Virus record (IMG/VR): IMGVR_UViG_2562617087_000024
Strand: one strand, 5' to 3'
Length of the DNA stretch: 64,000 nt
Source: a virus
Lineage: Duplodnaviria > Heunggongvirae > Uroviricota > Caudoviricetes
Under the pieces are notes generated by a model that saw nothing but the letters and a program-made list of their open reading frames with translations, made no database searches and was not told where the DNA came from. The position numbers and the translations under genes were made by a program. Below, one piece after another: positions 30,880 through 40,241 of the stretch (positions are counted from its first letter, which is position 1; every line of letters begins with the position of its first letter).

Positions 30880-31140
30880 TTGATGAGAATCGAAGAATTA
30901 CGTGAAATTTTTAGTGAAGATGGCCTCTATACTGTGCGCGTTGAGAAGGGCGCTATTGTCAGCCACTGCCGTATTAAATGTTTACAGTCTCAACAAAGGA
31001 AGAGTGGAGCTGCGTTAATTCATTTTGTGGATGGGCTTGTGACGGATGGTTTTATTTTGCGTGCAAATGAATTTGTCACATCGTTGCCGTCTCTGAAAGA
31101 AGCTGGGATTAAGGCTGGTTTTTCTGCTTTTGAAGATTAG
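30880..31140 (+). CDS. hypothetical protein (86 aa)
   Basis: ORF, no family recognised. Confidence 0.4.
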   Translation: MMRIEELREIFSEDGLYTVRVEKGAIVSHCRIKCLQSQQRKSGAALIHFVDGLVTDGFILRANEFVTSLPSLKEAGIKAGFSAFED

Positions 31141-31209
31141 TGAATTCATCTACAATTCAGCGCAGGGCTGAACCCCTGTTGAGTAACACTGTGCCACCGG
31201 AGAAAGCCG

Positions 31210-31488
31210 ATGGCGCAAAATTCCAGACTACACAATTCTGATGATTCTGCCGTCTTTGCCAGCAGGCGCGGACGGTGTTTTCACGCATTCAAATCTGACT
31301 GGTACCAGCATCCCCCATGCACTGAAGAACAGGCCGAATGGCTCATTCAGTGTTACCGCAGGCGCGGATGCGAGGTTAAAAAAGCCCTTAGCCTCGACTA
31401 CCGTCACTGGATAATCTCCGTCAGGCCCCCTTACTCCGAACGGCCACCGCGTCCGTCCCGCACATTCCAGCAACGGATCTGGAGGTAA
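31210..31488 (+). CDS. hypothetical protein (92 aa)
   Basis: ORF, no family recognised. Confidence 0.4.
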   Translation: MAQNSRLHNSDDSAVFASRRGRCFHAFKSDWYQHPPCTEEQAEWLIQCYRRRGCEVKKALSLDYRHWIISVRPPYSERPPRPSRTFQQRIWR

Positions 31489-31489
31489 T

Positions 31490-32539
31490 GTGCGGGTATT
31501 ACTTCGACCTGTTCTGGTACCGGAACTCGGTCTGGTTATCGTTAAGCCAGGCCGTGAATCAATGTCAGCATTCCATAACGGCAGAATACTGGTGGAGCCG
31601 GAACCAAAAAGCATGCGAGCTCTGCCGTCCGGGGTTGTACCTGCCGTTCACCAGCCGCTGGCGGAAGATAAATCACTACTGCCATTTTTCAGCGATGAGC
31701 GGGTGATCCGTGCTGCGGGTGGCGCTGGTGCACTGTCTGACTGGTTATTACGTCACGTGAAATCCTGCCAGTGGCTACACGGTGATTATCATCACAGCGA
31801 AACCGTCATTCACCGTTACGGTACCGGCGCGATGGTGTTGTGCTGGCACTGCGACAACCAGCTGCGGGAGCAGACATCTGATTCACTGGATCAACTTGCT
31901 CAACAGAATCTGGCCGCCTGGATGATTGACATCATCCGTCACGCAATGAATGGCGCACAGGAGCGTGAATTATCTCTGGCTGAATTATCCTGGTGGGCGG
32001 CCTGCAATCAGGTGGTGGATGCACTACCTGAGGCAGTAGCGCGTCGTTCTCTGGGATTACCGGCGGAAAAAATCCGCTCCGTATACCGTGAAAGCGACAT
32101 CATACCGGGAGAACAGACCGCCACCAGCATACTGAAGCAGCGCACAAAAAATATTGCGCTACCGCCTCACACCCACCAGCAACAGAACCCACCACAGGAA
32201 AAGACGGTGGTCAGCATTGCCGTTGATCCGGAGTCTCCGGAATCCTTCATGAAACGACCTAAACGTCGCCGCTGGGTAAATGAGAAATACACACGCTGGG
32301 TAAAGACACAGCCGTGTGCGTGTTGTGGTAAGCCAGCCGACGATCCGCATCACCTGATTGGTCATGGTCAGGGCGGAATGGGGACAAAATCTCACGATAT
32401 TTTCACGCTACCGCTGTGTCGGGAGCATCACAACGAGCTTCATGCGGATCCGCTGGCGTTCGAAGAAAAGCATGGTTCTCAGGTTGATTTAATTTTTCGT
32501 TTTCTTGATCACGCCTTTGCAACCGGCGTGCTCGGGTAA
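31490..32539 (+). CDS. phage protein with C-terminal HNH-like Cys/His cluster (DUF968 suspected)
   Basis: 349 aa; C-terminal CACCGKPADDPHHLIGHGQGG…CREHHNELH; ggagg RBS, GTG start. Confidence 0.55.
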   Translation: MRVLLRPVLVPELGLVIVKPGRESMSAFHNGRILVEPEPKSMRALPSGVVPAVHQPLAEDKSLLPFFSDERVIRAAGGAGALSDWLLRHVKSCQWLHGDYHHSETVIHRYGTGAMVLCWHCDNQLREQTSDSLDQLAQQNLAAWMIDIIRHAMNGAQERELSLAELSWWAACNQVVDALPEAVARRSLGLPAEKIRSVYRESDIIPGEQTATSILKQRTKNIALPPHTHQQQNPPQEKTVVSIAVDPESPESFMKRPKRRRWVNEKYTRWVKTQPCACCGKPADDPHHLIGHGQGGMGTKSHDIFTLPLCREHHNELHADPLAFEEKHGSQVDLIFRFLDHAFATGVLG

Positions 32540-32551
32540 AAGAGGTGACTG

Positions 32552-32926
32552 ATGCTCATAGATTTGGTTTTACCTTACCCGCCGACGGTGAACACTTACT
32601 GGCGACGCCGTGGCAGCACATATTTTGTATCAAAAGCCGGGAAGCGTTATCGCCGGGCAGTGGCGCTTATTGTTCGCCAGCAGCGACTGAAATTAAGCCT
32701 GTCCGGACGGCTGGCAATAAAAATTATTGCAGAGCCACCGGATAAGCGCCGCCGCGACCTGGACAATATCCTGAAAGCACCGCTGGATGCGCTGACGCAC
32801 GCGGGGTTGTTAATGGACGATGAGCAGTTTGATGAAATCAATATTGTACGTGGAAAGCCAGTATCTGGTGGACGTCTGGGGGTGAAGATTTACCCCATAA
32901 TGCTTGAAGGGCAGGTCAAAAAATGA
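32552..32926 (+). CDS. rusA: Holliday junction resolvase RusA
   Basis: 124 aa; …DKRRRDLDNILKAPLDALTHAGLLMDDEQ… matches the RusA catalytic region. Confidence 0.85.
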   Translation: MLIDLVLPYPPTVNTYWRRRGSTYFVSKAGKRYRRAVALIVRQQRLKLSLSGRLAIKIIAEPPDKRRRDLDNILKAPLDALTHAGLLMDDEQFDEINIVRGKPVSGGRLGVKIYPIMLEGQVKK

Positions 32927-33744
32927 AACTGGAAGATTTACCGAAATACTACTCCCCAAAATCCCCTGGCCTGACCGATGCATCGGCCTCAACGTCAAAA
33001 GATGCGCTGAGTATCACTGATGTGATGGCCGCGCAGGGCATGACACAGAATCGGGCTGAGATGGGGTTTTCTGCGTTCCTTGGGAAAATGGGCATTAGTA
33101 TGAATGACAGAGAGCGGGCAACAGAATTGCTGACAGAATATGCACTCAGTCGGTGTGATCGCGTGGCGGCGTTAAGAAAACTCCCGGCAGAAATAAAACC
33201 GGCAGTGATGCGTATTATGGCTTCGTATGCGTTTGAAGATTATGCCCGTAGCGCGGCGAGCAAAAAACAGTGCCCCTGCTGTCACGGAAAAAAATTTATT
33301 GAAAGCGAGGTTTTTACAAACAAGATCCAGTATCCGGATGGTAAGCCGCCAGTGTGGGCAAAGTGCACAAAAGGCGTGTATCCGTCTTACTGGGAGGAAT
33401 GGAAAAAAGTCAGGGAGGTGGTAAAAGTTGCCTGTCCGGAGTGTGGAGGGAAGGGAGAGGTATCCACTGCCTGTAAAGATTGTCGTGGGCGCGGTGTTGC
33501 CATTCATCGTGAAGAGTCGGAAAAACAGGGTGTGCCGGTTTTCAGAAACTGTCAGCGTTGTGGTGGGCGTGGCTATGAAAGATTACCTTCAACGGAGGCA
33601 TTTAATGCCATATGTAATGTAACCGATGCCATATCTCTTGATACATGGAAAAAAACAGTTAAACGTTTTTACGATACGCTGGTGGTGCAGTTTGATATTG
33701 AAGAAGCATGGGCAGAACAACAACTGAAAAAGGTGACCAGATAG
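32923..33744 (+). CDS. putative late-gene antiterminator (Q-like) with multiple CxxC zinc fingers
   Basis: 273 aa between rusA and the late promoter/terminator; four CxxCxGxG motifs. Confidence 0.5.
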   Translation: MKLEDLPKYYSPKSPGLTDASASTSKDALSITDVMAAQGMTQNRAEMGFSAFLGKMGISMNDRERATELLTEYALSRCDRVAALRKLPAEIKPAVMRIMASYAFEDYARSAASKKQCPCCHGKKFIESEVFTNKIQYPDGKPPVWAKCTKGVYPSYWEEWKKVREVVKVACPECGGKGEVSTACKDCRGRGVAIHREESEKQGVPVFRNCQRCGGRGYERLPSTEAFNAICNVTDAISLDTWKKTVKRFYDTLVVQFDIEEAWAEQQLKKVTR

Positions 33745-33752
33745 CTTTGTTG

Positions 33753-33790
33753 ATTTTTCCCGAATCTGTGGTAAATTTGCCCAAACGATG
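33753..33790 (+). promoter_or_regulatory. candidate late promoter (pR'-like): TTGATT …16 nt… TGgTAAATT
   Basis: Sigma70-like -35 and extended -10 just downstream of the Q-like gene. Confidence 0.3.
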
Positions 33791-33825
33791 GGCGTTTTAT
33801 GCCTGACGTTAGAAGATTTTTTACA

Positions 33826-33851
33826 CCCCGCCGCCTGGCGGGTTTTTTATG
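33826..33851 (+). terminator. candidate tR'-like intrinsic terminator
   Basis: cccgcc-gcct-ggcggg hairpin followed by TTTTTT, about 40 nt after the candidate late promoter. Confidence 0.45.
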
Positions 33852-33970
33852 ACTGAAATCGCGTCAGTACAGTAAACGCGCTGGTGGCGGTGAATACCGG
33901 TCTTTCAGCTTGCTGGCTTTTTTGACAAGAGTTATTGGTGTGTCACGTTAACCGAAAAAGGGAAAAAGAC

Positions 33971-34168
33971 ATGCTGAAACAGCAGGATATGACAGAAACT
34001 GCCAGAGCAGTGTTTAATGAATTAAGCGTCACCGAACCGGCGACAGTCGGGGAGATTGCGCAGAATACTTACCTTTCACGCGAACGCTGCCAGTTAATAC
34101 TGACCCAGCTTGTTATGGCGGGTCTGGCAGACTATCAGTTCGGTTGTTACAGACGCCTTCAGTCCTGA
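33971..34168 (+). CDS. small winged-helix-like protein (65 aa)
   Basis: ATG with aaaggga RBS; immediately upstream of the methyltransferase gene. Confidence 0.45.
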   Translation: MLKQQDMTETARAVFNELSVTEPATVGEIAQNTYLSRERCQLILTQLVMAGLADYQFGCYRRLQS

Positions 34169-34318
34169 AGGCTTTTTTATTTGTGGTAAATGGGCGACTG
34201 GTGGGTGTTAGGGGCACTCACCAGCCATCTGCTCATGCGTCTGGATCACAAGCAAACCTCAGGCCCACTGCTTTGCGCAAAAGCGGTATGAGCCTATCAG
34301 AGACAGGCTTAATGATCC

Positions 34319-35377
34319 ATGTTTAATACTGTAAAAATATCCAGTTGTGAGTTAATCAACGCCGACTGCCTGGAATTTATCCGGTCGTTACCCGAAAATT
34401 CTGTTGACCTGATAGTCACGGACCCGCCGTACTTTAAAGTGAAGCCTGAGGGCTGGGATAACCAGTGGACGGGTGATGAGGATTACCTGAAATGGCTGGA
34501 CCAGTGTCTGGCGCAGTTCTGGCGGGTGCTGAAACCTGCCGGAAGTCTTTACCTGTTCTGTGGCCATCGCCTGGCATCTGACATTGAAATCATGATGCGT
34601 GAACGCTTCAGTGTGCTGAACCATATTATCTGGGCGAAGCCGTCCGGACGCTGGAACGGGTGCAACAAGGAAAGCCTGAGGGCGTATTTCCCCGCCACAG
34701 AGCGCATTCTGTTCGCGGAACATTATCAGGGGCCGTATCGTCCGAAAGATGCCGGGTATGAGGCGAAGGGCAGGGCACTGAAACAGCATGTGATGGCTCC
34801 GCTGATTTCTTACTTTCGTGATGCGCGTGCTGCCCTGGGGATAACGGCAAAACAGATAGTGGATGCCACAGGAAAGAAAAACATGGTGTCGCACTGGTTC
34901 AGTGCCAGTCAGTGGCAGCTACCGAACGAAAGCGATTATCTGAAATTACAGGCGCTGTTTGCCCGGGTGGCAGAAGAGAAGCATCAGCGCGGTGAACTGG
35001 AAAAGCCCCACCACCAGCTGCTGGAGACGTATACTTCACTGAACCGGCAGTATGCGGAACTGCAGAGTGAATATAAACATCTGCGGCGGTATTTTGGCGT
35101 GACGGCGCAGGTGCCGTACACGGATGTGTGGACGCATAAACCGGTGCAGTACTATCCCGGGAAACATCCGTGCGAAAAACCGGCAGAAATGCTGCAGCAG
35201 ATAATCAGTGCGAGCAGTCGTCCGGGTGACCTGGTTGCAGATTTCTTCATGGGGTCGGGTTCGACAGTCAAAGCCGCGATGGCGCTGGGGCGTCGTGCAA
35301 CTGGCGTTGAGCTGGAGACTGAACGTTTTGAGCAGACGGTCAGGGAAGTACAGGATTTAGTCAGTCAGAACGGATGA
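34319..35377 (+). CDS. DNA N6-adenine/N4-cytosine methyltransferase (DPPY motif), orphan
   Basis: 352 aa; motif IV DPPY (LIVTDPPYF) and C-terminal AdoMet-binding FxGxG (DFFMGSGST); no adjacent restriction endonuclease ORF. Confidence 0.85.
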   Translation: MFNTVKISSCELINADCLEFIRSLPENSVDLIVTDPPYFKVKPEGWDNQWTGDEDYLKWLDQCLAQFWRVLKPAGSLYLFCGHRLASDIEIMMRERFSVLNHIIWAKPSGRWNGCNKESLRAYFPATERILFAEHYQGPYRPKDAGYEAKGRALKQHVMAPLISYFRDARAALGITAKQIVDATGKKNMVSHWFSASQWQLPNESDYLKLQALFARVAEEKHQRGELEKPHHQLLETYTSLNRQYAELQSEYKHLRRYFGVTAQVPYTDVWTHKPVQYYPGKHPCEKPAEMLQQIISASSRPGDLVADFFMGSGSTVKAAMALGRRATGVELETERFEQTVREVQDLVSQNG

Positions 35378-35417
35378 TATTGCAGGATTAGTTACGTACC
35401 GTTATTATCCTGCGCCC

Positions 35418-35493
35418 GGCCCTTTAGCTCAGTGGTGAGAGCGAGCGACGCATAATCGCCAGGTCGCTGGTTCGAATCCAGTACAACGCGCCA
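35418..35493 (+). pseudogene. degenerate tRNA-like sequence (ileZ-type tRNA-Ile2 remnant)
   Basis: ggccctttagctcagtggtgagagc…ggttcgaatcc has intact D- and T-arms but G at position 33 and a 3' acceptor strand that cannot pair with the 5' end. Confidence 0.5.
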
Positions 35494-35970
35494 CACTTAT
35501 TTTCCCTGGCTCGCTTTTGCGGGCCTTTTTTTAAATGTCTCACAATTCAGGCGGTTGACTGTTGTCTGGTTTGCGGGGAGTTTGTTAAAAGAAACTGGCA
35601 TGGTGAATCCCCCTGTGCGGAGGGGCAATCAGCAACCAGGTATATGTGATAATCGCGGATTCAGGTGCTGATACTGAATTCACCGGGAGGCACCCGGCAC
35701 CATGCAAGAAAAAGAATGTGCATGCAAACATGCCCCTCTCCGGAGGGGCTTTTTTATGGGTAAAAAATGCCCGAATGGGTTCGGGCAATAGCATGAGATA
35801 CTGATATTGTTGTGTTGTTATCGTGTGGATTTTAACCAGGGTTTATCAGGCTGCGCAACTGCGTGGCCTTTTTTCATTTCTTGGGCTGTAGTCCCCGTGT
35901 GTCATTCAGGCTTCCGGACTACAGCCCACTCCATATCTGATTTAATACACTATCCCGGCCGGGAGGAATA

Positions 35971-37917
35971 ATGACATTTAAACATTATGATGTTGTCAGG
36001 GCGGCGTCGCCGTCAGACCTTGCTGATGCACTTGCGCAAAAAATTCGTGAAGGATGGCAACCATACGGTGGGCCGTTTTCTTCGTATACGGATGATGGCG
36101 CAGCACTTATTCAGGCGATTGTCGCAGAAGGTGATGTGAGCACACCTGTTGTGGTGAAGCTGACAGGTGGAGAAGGTGCAGTAATCAGCGCCACCAGAGA
36201 CCCGGAGTATTACTTTATTGTGGTTCTGGCGGGGCAGTCAAACAGCATGGCATATGGTGAAGGCCTTCCGCTGCCGGAGACATATGACCGTCCGGACCCG
36301 CGTATTAAGCAGCTGGCGCGCCGCAGTACGGTGACACCGGGCGGTGTCGCCTGTAAATATAACGACATCATTCCGGCGGACCATTGTCTGCATGATGTGC
36401 AGGACATGAGCCGCCTTAACCATCCGAAAGCGGACCTGTCAAAGGGGCAGTACGGAACCGTGGGGCAGGGGCTGCATATCGCCAAAAAATTGCTGCCGTT
36501 TATACCGGCGAATGCGGGCATTCTGCTGGTTCCGTGCTGTCGTGGTGGTTCAGCGTTCACCACCGGAGCTGATGGCACATACAGTGACGCGAGTGGTGCT
36601 TCGGAGAATTCAACCCGCTGGGGTGTGGACAAGCCGCTGTATAAGGACCTTATCGGTCGAACAAAAGCAGCACTGAAGAAGAACCCGAAAAATGTGCTGT
36701 TTGCCGTGGTGTGGATGCAGGGGGAATTTGATTTTGGCGGTACGCCGGCAAATCACGCAGCACAGTTTGGTGCGCTGGTTGATAAATTCCGTGCAGACCT
36801 GGCGGATATGGCAGGTCAGTGCGTCGGTGGCTCTGCTGACGGTGTTCCCTGGATATGCGGGGACACGACGTATTTCTGGAAGCAGAAGAACGAAGCCACC
36901 TACCAGACGGTGTACGGCAGCTACAAAAACAAAACGGAAAAAAATATCCATTTCGTACCGTTCATGACGGATGAGAACGGGGTGAATGTGCCGACGAACA
37001 AACCGGAAGAAGACCCGGACATTCCGGGTATCGGATATTACGGTTCGAAATGGCGTGACAGCTCAGCCACCTGGACGTCACAGGACAGGGCGAGCCATTT
37101 CAGCGCCTGGGCACGCCGTGGGATTATTTCCGACCGTCTGGCAACGGCGATTTTGCGCCATGCGGGAAGAGTGGCGCTAAACGCGGGGGCATCATCGACA
37201 GTATCAGAGGTGCGCCCGTCATCGCCTTCCGGTGCAGAAGCCACAGGCATCACAACACTGCTCTCTTACCTTGCCAGCGAGTCAGAGGGAAGCCTGAAAG
37301 TACAGGGATGGTCAGCCAGTGGCGGCAGGGCAGAAGTGGTCAGCGATGCGGAGGGAACCGGAGGTAAGGCAGTGAAGCTGACCAAGGAAGCCGGTAAAAG
37401 CAGCTGGGTGCTGGAGTACGCCGCGGGCAACGGTGCGGCTCTGTTACAGAAAGGGGGGCAGATTCGCTGCCGCTTTAAGGTTTCGGGAGCGCTGGCTGCG
37501 AACCAGTATGTTATGGCGTTTTACTGGCCGGTATCTTCACTGCCACAGGGCGTTGCCCTGACCGGAGACGGGGGGAATAACCTGCTGGCAGCGTTCTACA
37601 TCCAGACAGATGCAAAAGACCTGAATGTGATGTACCACAATGCGAAAGTGGCGACAAACAACCTGAAACTGGGAAGCTTTGGCGCATTTGATAACGAATG
37701 GCATGCGCTGGCTTTCCGCTTTGCCGGGAATAACAGCCTTCAGGTGACGCCGGTTATTGATGGTCAGGATGGTACACCGTTCACGCTGACGCAGTCACCG
37801 GTCAGTGCCTTTGCGGCGGATAAACTGCATGTGACAGACATTACCAGAGGTGCGACTTACCCGGTACTGATAGACAGCATTGCGGTGGAAGTGAACAGCA
37901 CAGACACTGCGGCATGA
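35971..37917 (+). CDS. prophage sialate O-acetylesterase NanS-p-like protein
   Basis: 648 aa in the Q-to-lysis position where NanS-p sits in related prophages; esterase-type GQSN motif; gggagga RBS. Confidence 0.8.
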   Translation: MTFKHYDVVRAASPSDLADALAQKIREGWQPYGGPFSSYTDDGAALIQAIVAEGDVSTPVVVKLTGGEGAVISATRDPEYYFIVVLAGQSNSMAYGEGLPLPETYDRPDPRIKQLARRSTVTPGGVACKYNDIIPADHCLHDVQDMSRLNHPKADLSKGQYGTVGQGLHIAKKLLPFIPANAGILLVPCCRGGSAFTTGADGTYSDASGASENSTRWGVDKPLYKDLIGRTKAALKKNPKNVLFAVVWMQGEFDFGGTPANHAAQFGALVDKFRADLADMAGQCVGGSADGVPWICGDTTYFWKQKNEATYQTVYGSYKNKTEKNIHFVPFMTDENGVNVPTNKPEEDPDIPGIGYYGSKWRDSSATWTSQDRASHFSAWARRGIISDRLATAILRHAGRVALNAGASSTVSEVRPSSPSGAEATGITTLLSYLASESEGSLKVQGWSASGGRAEVVSDAEGTGGKAVKLTKEAGKSSWVLEYAAGNGAALLQKGGQIRCRFKVSGALAANQYVMAFYWPVSSLPQGVALTGDGGNNLLAAFYIQTDAKDLNVMYHNAKVATNNLKLGSFGAFDNEWHALAFRFAGNNSLQVTPVIDGQDGTPFTLTQSPVSAFAADKLHVTDITRGATYPVLIDSIAVEVNSTDTAA

Positions 37918-38273
37918 TAAAAAAACCGCCAGCGACAGGAATGGACGCTGGCGGTGGTAATACCTATGGAGAAAAAATAAAGGAACGATACTTTCGTGCT
38001 CTGGTTTTTTAAATGAAAACAGTTCTTATTGTCAACAATAACGGAAAGAAATTATGACATTTCTGAACCAGTTAATGCTGTACTTCTGTACGGTGGTCTG
38101 TGTGCTGTATCTCCTTTCGGGTGGGTACAGGGCCATGCGTGACTTCTGGCGCAGACAGATTGACAAAAGGGCCGCTGAGAAAATCAGCGCCAGTCAGTCA
38201 GCCGGAAGCAAACCCGAAGAGCCGCTCATTTAGCGGCAACTTTCTTAATCACACCTTTCGACGAGAAAATCCC

Positions 38274-38519
38274 ATGTCAGAAATTACATCCCTGGTCACT
38301 GCTGAAGCAGTGAAGGAAGTCCTGCGCTCTGAAGAAGTCCGGAGCGCACTGAAACAGAAACTTCGCCATAACCTGGAAGCGCGTCTTGATGCAGAAGTGG
38401 ATGCCATTCTGGATGAACTGCTGGGCGCACCGGCAGCTCCGGAGCCGGAAGGCATCGCGGGTGAGGGGAGTGCTTCAGACAGCGGTGACCCCACACCGGA
38501 CAGCGACATGATGATGTAA
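38274..38519 (+). CDS. hypothetical acidic protein (81 aa)
   Basis: Internal ATG 38274 of the 38100 ORF; start uncertain. Confidence 0.35.
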   Translation: MSEITSLVTAEAVKEVLRSEEVRSALKQKLRHNLEARLDAEVDAILDELLGAPAAPEPEGIAGEGSASDSGDPTPDSDMMM

Positions 38520-38596
38520 GCATGCGTCAGGGACCATCGGTGTGTGCCGGTGGTCTTTTTTATTGTTGTGAGCTTCCGGATTGCGGGAGGCGGGGT

Positions 38597-38812
38597 ATGA
38601 ACCAGATGGAAAAAATCACAACAGGTGTGTCATACACCACGTCAGCGGTGGGAACGGGCTACTGGTTCCTGCAGTTGCTGGACAGGGTTTCCCCGTCTCA
38701 GTGGGCGGCAATAGGCGTGCTGGGGAGTCTGCTGTTTGGTCTGCTGACGTACCTGACGAACCTGTATTTCAAAATCAGAGAGGACAGGCGTAAGGCGGCA
38801 CGGGGAGAGTAG
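38597..38812 (+). CDS. class II holin, phage 21 S-type (pinholin)
   Basis: 71 aa [15 protein letters not shown]…YWFLQ…[14 protein letters not shown]…[20 protein letters not shown] matches recalled S21; dual-start motif M-N-Q-M. Confidence 0.85.
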   Translation: MNQMEKITTGVSYTTSAVGTGYWFLQLLDRVSPSQWAAIGVLGSLLFGLLTYLTNLYFKIREDRRKAARGE

Positions 38813-38815
38813 GTG

Positions 38816-39373
38816 ATGAACCATGAAGAAATGAATCAGCGCTTCAGTCGTCTGGAAAATGAAATTGCTGAACTGAATAAAAAACTGTCGGCGCTGATGC
38901 CTTCTGAAGATGAAAAAAAACGCCGCGATGAGCAGTTTGCTGCGTTTGACGATTATTGTCGGAAAGTGATGAGCAGAAATCTCGCAGAGTGTTTCAGTAT
39001 TCATAATGATAATTGCAGTGAGCTGGAATGGGAGTGTAACCGGCCATCCTTTGTTGTATCCGGTGATGACGGGAAAATCACCATATCAGAAAATGGAAAA
39101 GTAACACTGCCATCGCACCAGCACAGTGAGACGCTCATTGAATTTGCCATTGATTACCTGAAGAACAATAAAAAACAGGGGCTGATGCAGCGCATTGGTC
39201 GTTGCATGGGGTATCTGCAGGTAGCCACTGAGATTGAAGCGCTGGCCAGTGGTGCTGATAAGGATGCAATTGTGCGGGAGGCTCTTCTTCGTAATTTTAA
39301 TACTCCACCCTTTAAAAAAGTGCCGGCTTACTGGCTTCATCCCGGACTGACTTATCTGAAAGTGCGTATTTAG
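38816..39373 (+). CDS. hypothetical protein inserted between holin and endolysin
   Basis: 186 aa ORF starting one codon after the holin stop; N-terminal coiled coil; no family recognised. Confidence 0.5.
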   Translation: MNHEEMNQRFSRLENEIAELNKKLSALMPSEDEKKRRDEQFAAFDDYCRKVMSRNLAECFSIHNDNCSELEWECNRPSFVVSGDDGKITISENGKVTLPSHQHSETLIEFAIDYLKNNKKQGLMQRIGRCMGYLQVATEIEALASGADKDAIVREALLRNFNTPPFKKVPAYWLHPGLTYLKVRI

Positions 39374-39409
39374 TGGGCCTGGGACAGCGGCTGAATATTT
39401 AATATATCC

Positions 39410-39943
39410 ATGAACACAAAAATCAAATACGGCCTGTCGGCTGCCGTTCTGGCGCTGATTGCCGCAGGTGCTTCTGCGCCTGAAATTCTCGACCAGTTTC
39501 TTGACGAAAAAGAAGGTAACCACACCACGGCATACCGTGATGGTGCGGGTATCTGGACCATCTGCCGTGGAGCCACCCGGGTGGATGGTAAGCCTGTTAT
39601 TCCTGGCATGAAGCTGTCGAAGGGGAAATGCGACCGGGTTAACGCCATTGAGCGTGATAAGGCGCTGGCATGGGTGGAGAAAAACATCAAAGTGCCACTG
39701 ACTGAACCCCAGAAAGCGGGGATCGCGTCATTCTGCCCGTATAACATTGGCCCCGGTAAGTGTTTCCCGTCGACGTTTTATAAACGAATTAATGCAGGCG
39801 ATCGCAGGGGAGCGTGTGAAGCGATTCGCTGGTGGATTAAGGACGGAGGCAGAGACTGCCGTATCCGCTCAAATAATTGCTATGGTCAGGTATCCCGTCG
39901 TGACCAGGAGAGCGCGCTGGCGTGCTGGGGTATCGACAGATAA
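39410..39943 (+). CDS. SAR endolysin (phage 21 R-type lysozyme)
   Basis: 177 aa; N-terminal signal-anchor-release segment (LSAAVLALIAAGASAPEIL) followed by lysozyme catalytic region. Confidence 0.8.
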   Translation: MNTKIKYGLSAAVLALIAAGASAPEILDQFLDEKEGNHTTAYRDGAGIWTICRGATRVDGKPVIPGMKLSKGKCDRVNAIERDKALAWVEKNIKVPLTEPQKAGIASFCPYNIGPGKCFPSTFYKRINAGDRRGACEAIRWWIKDGGRDCRIRSNNCYGQVSRRDQESALACWGIDR

Positions 39944-40241
39944 GCAGAATATTTTGCTGAAAAATGACGTTGGCCAACGCGGACGGATAACACGAAATCC
40001 TGCGAACTGGCAAAACCTGAGTGAATAAAAGTAAAAACCCCGTTTGTTAGCAGCAGGTGGGGTTTTGTGTTTCCTGACTCCGGAAAAGTCAAAGGAGAAA
40101 GTGTGTTTGATTTTAGCAAACTGATTCGGGAGATTTGAGTGATGGCTGAAAAATTATCTACCTGGAAGTTCATTCTTATCTGGCTGGTGTTTGTGATTAT
40201 GGTCTCCGGTTATTTCATCGGTCAGATACGCTGGTGGTGAA

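Noticed and set aside
35418-35493. Functional tRNA gene
   Set aside because: Acceptor stem cannot form and position 33 is G; reported only as a degenerate remnant
33750-35970. Searched for Shiga toxin genes (stxA/stxB) between the Q-like gene and nanS-p
   Set aside because: No ORFs with StxA-like length or signal peptide; the interval is filled by the wHTH ORF, methyltransferase, tRNA remnant and non-coding hairpins
40142-40240. 32-aa hydrophobic ORF ([32 protein letters not shown]) between endolysin and Rz
   Set aside because: Too short to support from sequence alone; could be a real small membrane protein but there is no RBS or homology evidence
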